A stretch of DNA of 12,075 nt, from the NCBI GenBank assembly GCA_044869275.1, contig JBIOXB010000135.1, positions 1 to 12,075 of the forward strand, in the 5' to 3' direction. Position 1 is the first letter of the stretch. Each line of letters opens with the position of its first letter. This document shows positions 1-6,439 of the stretch, piece by piece. The notes under the pieces are model-generated. The model ran no database searches. It was given only the letters and a program-made list of their open reading frames with translations, and was not told where the DNA came from. The position numbers and the translations under genes are program-made. Source of the DNA: a bacterium (lineage in GTDB: Bacteria; Zhuqueibacterota; Zhuqueibacteria; Zhuqueibacterales; Zhuqueibacteraceae).

Positions 1-100
1 TCAGCCGCAACATCATGCTCGCGGCCGCCAGAATCTGATCCAAGTTTGTCAAAGAACGATAGCCCTCGTCGGGCCAGACCAGTTTTAGATGTCATCAAAT

Positions 101-120
101 GGGTTTTTCAGCAGCCCCTA
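101..120. mobile_element. possible IS/MITE terminal inverted repeat (IS5/IS1182-like end)
   Basis: GGGTTTTTCAGCAGCCCCTA resembles the ...TTTTTCAGCAGCC ends I recall from IS5/IS1182-type elements. It abuts the stop codon of the 122..562 gene. A + frame ending SRNIMLAAARI* (3..38) could be a transposase C-terminus. No partner end is visible. Confidence 0.25.
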
Positions 121-121
121 A

Positions 122-562
122 TTATGCTGCTTCAAGCCGCGTCACGCGCCCTTCCAATCCGCGCAACGCCTCGTTCTGCTGTTGGTCGGAGGCCTTGAGC
201 TGATCGATCTCTTGTTGCAAGCGATCCTGGCCCGCCCCAAGCGCCATTTTCTCCTGCTGAAACAATTCACAGTTTTTCATGAGGGCGTCAACCGCAGTCA
301 ACATGCTATCGCGAAACTGCGCATCCTTTTTTTCGTTTTCAGCAATTTGATCCGCCAAAGCGTTGATTTGTTTTTGCAAAGCAATTCCTTGACGCTCAAA
401 TCCGTGCGCCATTTCTTGCCGCACGAGTTCAAAATCTTTCGCGGTTTCCTTACGGAAAGCCTCCAACTCGCGGGCGAAGCCGTCCACGCGCTTATTGAGA
501 TTTCCCAAACCCTTTTCTCTTGGGTCTTGCCGAGGCGGATTTTTGCGAGATTTTCCAGGCAT
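122..562 (-). CDS. hypothetical coiled-coil protein, 146 aa
   Basis: ATG at 562 with GGGAGG RBS (571-576) 8 nt upstream. Q/E/K/A/L-rich heptad pattern, ending LEGRVTRLEAA. Has its own promoter candidate. Confidence 0.85.
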   Translation of the reverse strand: MPGKSRKNPPRQDPREKGLGNLNKRVDGFARELEAFRKETAKDFELVRQEMAHGFERQGIALQKQINALADQIAENEKKDAQFRDSMLTAVDALMKNCELFQQEKMALGAGQDRLQQEIDQLKASDQQQNEALRGLEGRVTRLEAA

Positions 563-591
563 AAACTTGTCCTCCCAACGTATAATCAGCT

Positions 592-620
592 ACAATACCA
601 AATCAACAACAAAGTTGCAA
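592..620 (-). promoter_or_regulatory. sigma70-like promoter for the coiled-coil gene
   Basis: Minus strand TTGCAA (620-615), 17-nt spacer, TATTGT (597-592), with an extended -10 TG. Confidence 0.55.
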
Positions 621-637
621 ACAGATTCTTTCACTGC

Positions 638-1300
638 TCAAGTGTTGTAGTGGCGATGCAAGATTTCGTGGATCTTACCTGCACGGGCTCGTCCAATACC
701 GGAGATTTGCATCAGCTCCTCCGGCGCCGCGGTGCAAAGCGCTTGCAGGCTGCCGAACCGCTTCAGCAATTCCTCCGCCAAATGCGGGCCAATACCCGGC
801 AAAGTTTCCAACACATAACGCTGCGTGAGGCTCAACGATGTGGTCCGTTTCTTAGGATGCAAGGAGAAATGCCGGTCGGATTCTTGACAGAGGAGCTGTA
901 AAATGGCAAAAATCAGCTCGGCACTGTCGCCGGCATTTTTGGAATACACAATAGGAATATGATTTAGCACGGAGAGATAAAGCAATGCCCCACGATAAGC
1001 GCGCGCCTGGATCTCACGGCCAGGGTTTTCGGTTTCTTCCAGCAGCCAAATGGGATGGAGAAAATGGGCACGCAGCGATTGGGCTTGCTGAAACAGGCGC
1101 CGGTCAAAAATGGATTGGATAAAGTCGGCGGTTGTTTTTCGCTCAATGGCGACATGTGGCGTCAGGAGGTAATCGCCGGCGGCGAGATTTTTCAATCGAA
1201 CTTCCAGCCCCATTTTGCTGAGTGCCTGGGGAATGCCAGACGCACGCTCGCGCATGTCGGCAATTACAAAGAATGGGCGGGATTCAGGCTTGGCAATCAC
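638..1300 (-). CDS. ERCC4/XPF-family structure-specific endonuclease with tandem HhH domain (short XPF / Hef C-terminal-like), 220 aa
   Basis: DxRE (D15-R17-E18), GDY (42-44) and ERKxxxD (E53-D59) nuclease motifs. Two HhH motifs, LETLPGIGPHLA and LMQISGIGRARA. GTG start with GGGGAAGG upstream. Confidence 0.92.
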   Translation of the reverse strand: MIAKPESRPFFVIADMRERASGIPQALSKMGLEVRLKNLAAGDYLLTPHVAIERKTTADFIQSIFDRRLFQQAQSLRAHFLHPIWLLEETENPGREIQARAYRGALLYLSVLNHIPIVYSKNAGDSAELIFAILQLLCQESDRHFSLHPKKRTTSLSLTQRYVLETLPGIGPHLAEELLKRFGSLQALCTAAPEELMQISGIGRARAGKIHEILHRHYNT

Positions 1301-1448
1301 AATACATCCTTCCCCCAGAACTAAACCAGAAGAGCGCCTTTAGAAAGCACACGCCGAGCCGCGATTAAACCTCAAGATCACGCCGTTTCAAGTTGCTTAA
1401 CCCAGCCGTCCAGCGTATCAATGGCTTCTGCTGTTAAATTTCGGACGA

Positions 1449-1477
1449 ATGGTAACAAATCACTTTTCAAATCGCAA
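1449..1477 (-). promoter_or_regulatory. sigma70-like promoter upstream of the ERCC4 gene
   Basis: Minus strand TTGCGA (1477-1472), 17-nt spacer, TACCAT (1454-1449), preceded by TGn. Implies a leader of about 140 nt. Confidence 0.45.
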
Positions 1478-1585
1478 TAGCATGTTTCGAAAATTGTGTT
1501 TAATTGAATGTGCGCTTGTTGACACCAACCCAGGGAGTGCCGGTCTTGGCCGCCCGGACTTTCATTCGGAGAAACAAACGAAATT

Positions 1586-2404
1586 ATGGACGTTGTGAAT
1601 TATCTCCCCCCGCGCCGTTTTGGCGAGATCGACGATCTGCTCGCGTTCATTTCGATTTATGAAGACACGCGGCGCACCCGCGCTTATCGCGCCCTGTTGC
1701 GCGCGCATCAAAAATCCATTCGCGACGCCGTGTGCGTGGAAGGCGGCTGTGGCCTGGGCGTTTTTGCCGTGGAAATGGCGAGGCTGGGTGCACGCAAAGT
1801 TTATGCAGTGGAGCAGAATCCGCTCCTCGCCCGGCTCGCGCGGCAACGCCTCGCGCGCTTGCCCAAAAAACTTGCCCAGCGCATCGAATTGCTTGAATTA
1901 CCCTTGCAAGATTTCCAGCCACCGCAAAAAATTGACGTGCTGGTCCATGAATTGTTCGGCCAATTGCTGTATGACGAAGATCTGTGGGTGTTGGAACATT
2001 TGGCATTTAAGCCCAGGCTGGTCTTGCCGGACGGCGGCGAGTTGCTGGGCGGGGTGGTTTCTTCCACAAATTATGGCGATCCCCTCATGACTCCGGAGCT
2101 TTTGCAATCGCTGCAGGGCGCACTGGTGGCTGGCCTTTTCGAAGAGCGTCTGCGGGAATTGCAATTCCCGGTTTTGCATTGGAACTTCGGAGCAGGACTT
2201 AAAACCGGAACCATTGATCTGAAGGGCTACGAAGGCGATTTGCTTTGTTTTGGCGTGGCCATTTCCCATGCCGGCCGGCGCATTTGCGAAGCAGGCCGTT
2301 GCCCAAACTGGTCGTACGTCTGGACGCCACGGTGCGGCGACCGCTTCGAGATCGACTTTCGCCGCGCCCGCCGCGGCACCGCCTGCTACTTTCAATGGTT
2401 GTGA
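1586..2404 (+). CDS. class I SAM-dependent methyltransferase, PRMT-like (arginine N-methyltransferase-like), 272 aa
   Basis: DxxRTxAY helix, motif I VEGGCGLG, post-I GARKVYAVE, double-E loop IDVLVHELFGQLLYDE (E122, E131), and PNW at the THW-loop position. Confidence 0.85.
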   Translation: MDVVNYLPPRRFGEIDDLLAFISIYEDTRRTRAYRALLRAHQKSIRDAVCVEGGCGLGVFAVEMARLGARKVYAVEQNPLLARLARQRLARLPKKLAQRIELLELPLQDFQPPQKIDVLVHELFGQLLYDEDLWVLEHLAFKPRLVLPDGGELLGGVVSSTNYGDPLMTPELLQSLQGALVAGLFEERLRELQFPVLHWNFGAGLKTGTIDLKGYEGDLLCFGVAISHAGRRICEAGRCPNWSYVWTPRCGDRFEIDFRRARRGTACYFQWL

Positions 2405-2413
2405 TCAAGCACT

Positions 2414-3184
2414 TCACCGTGCCGTTTTTTTCGCCAATAATTTGTTGCGAATCTCGCCAATGGTTTGGCGCGCCTCCGGATCGAACCACGCCTCGAGAAA
2501 AGCCTCGCGCATCGCGCCTGCGCTTTTGATCATGCGCTCCAAGGCCGCGCCGCGCAAAGTGGTTTTCAGCGTGGCGTGCGGTTTGCCGGGGTGAACGGAA
2601 AATTCACGCAGCCGGGCCAAGGCAATTTCCAGCAGCCGATCGGCAGCGACGACCTCATGCACCAAGCCCAGGCGGTGCGCTTCGTGCGCTTCAAATAGTT
2701 TTCCGCTATAAAAAATGAGAGCATGATTAAAAGTGGGAAGCGCGTAGCGGGCAATTTCCAGCGCGGAAGCCGGCAACGGCAACCCCAGCCGAATCTCATT
2801 CAAGCCGATGACCGCAGGGCCCTCCGCCATGACGCGATAATCGCAGGCCAAAGCCAGAATGCATCCCCCGGCCGTTGCTGCACCGTTGATCGCCGCCACC
2901 ACCGGCATCGGCAGCCCAAAGAGCTGCTGCAAGGCGACGTCGAAATCTTCCAAGAAACGGGACATTTGCTTGCGATTGTAATCATAAACCGCAATCAAAT
3001 CCAAGCCTGCTGAAAAAAAGCGCTCGTAACCTGTGAGCACCAAGCCTTTGAGCTTGGCCGTCTGCGCCTGTTTAAGGCCGTCGGCGATTGCCGCCATCGC
3101 GCCATAATTCAAAGCATTCGCTCCACCCGCGTGCAAATGTAGAATCCCCAGATCATCTTTTTGATCCAAATGAAAAAACTCCAT
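2414..3184 (-). CDS. enoyl-CoA hydratase/isomerase family protein, Delta3,Delta2-enoyl-CoA isomerase (ECI1)-like, 256 aa
   Basis: FFSAGLDL, PVVAAINGAATAGGCILALACDYRVM and IGLNE motifs. Only one catalytic Glu is present (IGLNE). Start moved from 3265 to ATG 3184 because a perfect AGGAGGT RBS lies at 3194-3200. Confidence 0.9.
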   Translation of the reverse strand: MEFFHLDQKDDLGILHLHAGGANALNYGAMAAIADGLKQAQTAKLKGLVLTGYERFFSAGLDLIAVYDYNRKQMSRFLEDFDVALQQLFGLPMPVVAAINGAATAGGCILALACDYRVMAEGPAVIGLNEIRLGLPLPASALEIARYALPTFNHALIFYSGKLFEAHEAHRLGLVHEVVAADRLLEIALARLREFSVHPGKPHATLKTTLRGAALERMIKSAGAMREAFLEAWFDPEARQTIGEIRNKLLAKKTAR

Positions 3185-3358
3185 CGCGCTTTTACCTCCT
3201 GCTCTGCAGTCAACAGCAATTGCTTGTAACGCGTCAGGGCCGGGCAAATGAGGTGCGCTGCCCAAACGCGTGTTCAGCCCGCGCCGGGAGGCATTCCTTC
3301 GGCTTTACGAGTTTTCTGCACGGCTGATTCATTGCAAAAATTGTGTAGTAGGGTTGGC

Positions 3359-3387
3359 AATATAAGCAGCCGAGCACGATATGGCAA
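3359..3387 (-). promoter_or_regulatory. sigma70-like promoter for the isomerase gene
   Basis: Minus strand TTGCCA (3387-3382), 17-nt spacer, TATATT (3364-3359). Confidence 0.55.
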
Positions 3388-3447
3388 CAGCAATATTGCA
3401 AAAAAGCCAGTTCAATATGGAAAAGATTTTTTTTACCGAATTTTAGG

Positions 3448-3475
3448 TTGCACCGTGAAATTTTTCTGCTAACTT
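3448..3475 (+). promoter_or_regulatory. sigma70-like promoter for the zinc-finger/VanZ genes
   Basis: TTGCAC (3448-3453), 16-nt spacer, TAACTT (3470-3475), extended -10 TG, with an AT-rich tract upstream. Confidence 0.4.
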
Positions 3476-3573
3476 TGAGCACTAAGGATGGTTTTATTCG
3501 TTGCTCTCGACCACGCAAGACTGACCCGCCATTTCCATTTTGAAGTGGATGGCAACAATCCATAAGGAGCAGT

Positions 3574-3969
3574 ATGAATGCCGTTTCGAATTCCGCCGAA
3601 GAACTTTCTGCCGCAATGCACGCTCAAACTCCGTCGCTGGCAGCGCCCGCGGGTTGTCCCTCGGTGGAAGATTTGATGGCTTGGTCGGAACGCCGCGAGC
3701 AGCGAGACCGGCTGGCATTCTCCGAGCATTTACAGAAATGCCCACGTTGTGCTCACCTTTTGGAGCAGGCGATTGCGTCTGGCATCGACGCAGGTATTGA
3801 AGACCAAGACCTTTTGACCATACAGCCCGACTTACGTCTGCCTGCGCTGTCGGCAGACAAAGAACCTCGAGCAGACACTGCCGCAAAAAACAAGAACCCC
3901 GCAGCCAAAGTGCCAGCGACGACCTGGGAGCTTCTGACTGGGCGGCCGGCGCACCCGCGCAAATCATAA
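3574..3969 (+). CDS. small protein with zf-HC2/ZAS (anti-sigma-type) zinc finger, 131 aa
   Basis: TAAGGAG RBS at 3563-3569. CPSVEDLMAW...EHLQKCPRC matches the C...HxxxCxxC zinc-binding anti-sigma motif. Low-complexity tail, no TM segment. Confidence 0.75.
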   Translation: MNAVSNSAEELSAAMHAQTPSLAAPAGCPSVEDLMAWSERREQRDRLAFSEHLQKCPRCAHLLEQAIASGIDAGIEDQDLLTIQPDLRLPALSADKEPRADTAAKNKNPAAKVPATTWELLTGRPAHPRKS

Positions 3970-4039
3970 GAACCAAGCAAGGGGTACAGCAATTCAAAGT
4001 TCGTTCATAAGTGCCGGCCAGCGCGCCGCATTTGCGCGT

Positions 4040-5449
4040 GTGCTCTTCTGCCTGGTCGTTGTCGTTTTGCTTTACGTCACCACGGTTCCCTTCGGCGTGG
4101 AGATCCCCCCCAATTTCGGAAAGAAATGGGAGCGCACGGAGATTCTGCCTTTCTATTTGCGCCAAGGGGAGCGCTACCATCCTTCCGACTTGCTCGGTAA
4201 TTTTCTGCTCTTCCTGCCGTTCGGATTCGCATTGCAGGGCTGGCGGCTTGAGCGACGGCGCGAGCAGGCCGCGGGTTTGTGGCCCACGATCGGCAGCGGG
4301 ATGCTGATGAGCCTTGCCATCGAAACGATGCAATTCCTGCTGCGCGACCGGTACACCTCCATCAACGACTGGATCTTAAATGTCGCCGGCACGGCTGCCG
4401 GCGCATGGATCGCCCGGAATTACTATGCCGCACAATTGGAGCGCGGCATTCGTCTGGGCCGCAGACTTTTGCAACGGCCGGCCGTGCTCGTGCTGCTGCT
4501 GCTGCTGTTCATCCACGCGCTGTGGATGCTGTCGCCGTTCAATTTCACGCTCGCGACGCACAACTTCGTGCGCAAATGGCAGCATTGGAAATTCTCGGTC
4601 AACTATTTGGCCTCGCTTCCTCTCGAAATGTTGACGCTCGACCGACGCGAATACTGGCCTCTGGTTCTGCTTGAAAATTTGCTGTTCGGTTCGATTCTGG
4701 GCGGGCAATTCGTCTTGTGCCAGCGCTGGTATCGTCCCGGTGACCGCCGCTTCTTTCGGATTGGAATCGCATTGCTCGGCCTGGCGTTGTGCTTGATCGC
4801 TTTTCTGCAATTCATCGTCATCGGCAGCAATCCCGACGCATTGCCGCTGCTGGCAGTAACATCGGGTTTGATGCTGGGCTTGATCCTCATGAAAAAATGG
4901 GTGGCTCGCAGGCTGCTGATGATGGACGGGGTGACACAACTCTCTCCTCGGACAGAGGCCCTGCTGTTGGTGCCCGGGTTTCTGCTCTTCGCGCTGCTGC
5001 TGCTGCGGCCGGATCTGCCAGACTTGCGCGTCGCGCAAATGCAGGACGCGCAGCACCTTTCTGCGCAGCAATCAATCCAAGCTTTTTTCACCCAGTTGTG
5101 CACTTCAGTGCGGCCATCGTTTTTAAGCTTGGGCGGCTCGGCCTATTTTAGGCTTTTTCTCAAGCTCCTATTCGTGACCATACCGCTGGCGTTTGCGCTC
5201 GCCACCATCAAACCACGCCGCCAAGGCGCCCCTTACCCACTGGGTGTTCTGCACATGCTTCTCTTGTGCACCGCCCTCGGATTGGCCGCACAAGCTTTGC
5301 GTTTTTGTTTCTGGGGAAGCAGCGTGAATTTGTTGGCAGTATTTGCGCTTGCGCTCGGCGGTGGTGCCGGCGTTTGGATGGAAACTTGGTGGGAGAAATA
5401 CGATTCAAATCTGCAACCCTCCAACTTGACAACAGCAAGCTCCCCATAG
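4040..5449 (+). CDS. VanZ-family multi-pass membrane protein, about 469 aa (start uncertain)
   Basis: VanZ motifs DLLGNFLLFLPFG and SLAIETMQFLLRDRYTSINDWILNVAG, with many hydrophobic segments. The frame is open upstream to a stop at 3935-3937. Confidence 0.88.
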   Translation: MLFCLVVVVLLYVTTVPFGVEIPPNFGKKWERTEILPFYLRQGERYHPSDLLGNFLLFLPFGFALQGWRLERRREQAAGLWPTIGSGMLMSLAIETMQFLLRDRYTSINDWILNVAGTAAGAWIARNYYAAQLERGIRLGRRLLQRPAVLVLLLLLFIHALWMLSPFNFTLATHNFVRKWQHWKFSVNYLASLPLEMLTLDRREYWPLVLLENLLFGSILGGQFVLCQRWYRPGDRRFFRIGIALLGLALCLIAFLQFIVIGSNPDALPLLAVTSGLMLGLILMKKWVARRLLMMDGVTQLSPRTEALLLVPGFLLFALLLLRPDLPDLRVAQMQDAQHLSAQQSIQAFFTQLCTSVRPSFLSLGGSAYFRLFLKLLFVTIPLAFALATIKPRRQGAPYPLGVLHMLLLCTALGLAAQALRFCFWGSSVNLLAVFALALGGGAGVWMETWWEKYDSNLQPSNLTTASSP

Positions 5450-5523
5450 CCGCGGCCGTGTTCGCAAACAATTCTGCTCTCGAAATTCAACAGGCGTAAC
5501 TCTGTCACCTTAAGTGCTATAGC

Positions 5524-5556
5524 GGATTTTCATCCCGAAGGGTCGGGATGAAAACC
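5524..5556. terminator. perfect 12-bp hairpin between convergent genes (bidirectional terminator or REP-like element)
   Basis: TTTTCATCCCGA (5527-5538), loop AGGG, TCGGGATGAAAA (5543-5554). Lies between the convergent VanZ and HAD genes. Confidence 0.55.
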
Positions 5557-5593
5557 GAAGCTCGTTGCGGAGCGGCTTTAGACAAAAAACTCT

Positions 5594-5637
5594 CCAACGG
5601 ATCAAAAACGACCAACGGATCCTTCTGAATCCGTTGG
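5594..5637. repeat. direct plus inverted short repeat
   Basis: CCAACGGATC at 5594-5603 and 5612-5621, with the inverted copy ATCCGTTGG at 5629-5637. Confidence 0.7.
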
Positions 5638-5648
5638 CGAAGAAATTT

Positions 5649-6392
5649 TCAGATTTTTATCCTCTTCCTCAGCCATCTCTCCCACTCATTCCAGTTTTCA
5701 AATATCGCTTCCGGTCGCACCGCAGCATATTCTTCCGCCGGTTTGGCCGGAATAAATGAGGGCGCCTGGTGCGCCAGCAGCAACACCGCTTGCATCCCCA
5801 CGCTTTGCGGAACGGCCACGTCGCGATCGAGGCGGTCGCCGATCATCAGCGCGCGTTCAGCCGGTACTTTTGCCGCTGCCAGCGCGCGGCGAAAAATCTC
5901 GGGCTCGTCCTTCATGCCGCCGATGTCTTCCGAAATGAACAATAATCCCGGTGAAATGAAAGGCAGCAGGCCGAGCCGCGCGAGCACTTCGCCTTGACCC
6001 TCGATGCTGCCGTCGCTGATGATGCCGCGTTGAATGCCTGCCCGTTCCAACGCCCGGAATAGAAGGATACATTTTGCCGAAAGCTTGATCTTCATCCGCA
6101 TCGTCTCGCGATACGCGGAAAGAAACCCGGCCATACGCCGCGCGTCTGCCGGCCAACCGGCCAGGCGCTCAGCTTCCCTGACAATGCGAATATCGGAATA
6201 GATGTGGCTGATATGAGGAGGGTCGACCTGCCGATCGGCCTGCAGATAACAAAGGAAGAATCTATTCGCCTCCGGGATCAGGCCGGCTCGCGCCAGCCGG
6301 TGGCAAGCCTTTTCCGCAGCGGAACGGATGATTTTCGCGCTGGGAATGAGCGTGCTGCCGATATCGAAGAAGATGGCATCGAATGCCGGCAT
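5649..6392 (-). CDS. HAD-superfamily hydrolase (subfamily IA-like), 247 aa
   Basis: Motif I FFDIGSTL, motif II IISDG, motif III GGMKDEPEIF, motif IV MIGDRLDRDV. Confidence 0.92.
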   Translation of the reverse strand: MPAFDAIFFDIGSTLIPSAKIIRSAAEKACHRLARAGLIPEANRFFLCYLQADRQVDPPHISHIYSDIRIVREAERLAGWPADARRMAGFLSAYRETMRMKIKLSAKCILLFRALERAGIQRGIISDGSIEGQGEVLARLGLLPFISPGLLFISEDIGGMKDEPEIFRRALAAAKVPAERALMIGDRLDRDVAVPQSVGMQAVLLLAHQAPSFIPAKPAEEYAAVRPEAIFENWNEWERWLRKRIKI

Positions 6393-6439
6393 TCTTGCTT
6401 GCGCCTATGAGATGGTGGGAGCAATCGTCCCGGTTAACC

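Noticed and set aside
182..901. 239-aa + strand ORF
   Set aside because: Antisense to the coiled-coil and XPF genes, which have RBSs and motifs.
1519..1547. Perfect TTGACA as -35 for the methyltransferase
   Set aside because: No credible -10 at 16-18 nt spacing (GGTCTT).
3185..3265. N-terminal extension of the isomerase in the ORF track
   Set aside because: The perfect SD at 3194-3200 supports ATG 3184.
3321..3336. sigma54-like GG-N10-GC (CGGCTGATTCATTGCA)
   Set aside because: The -24 element is poor and it is far from the next + strand gene; sigma70 candidates fit better.
3200..3350. Known riboswitch (TPP, cobalamin, SAM) in the isomerase leader
   Set aside because: Conserved cores such as CUGAGA...CCUGA or GGGAA...GCCACUG are not matched.
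3494..4333. 279-aa minus-strand ORF
   Set aside because: Antisense to the zinc-finger and VanZ genes, with no domain features.
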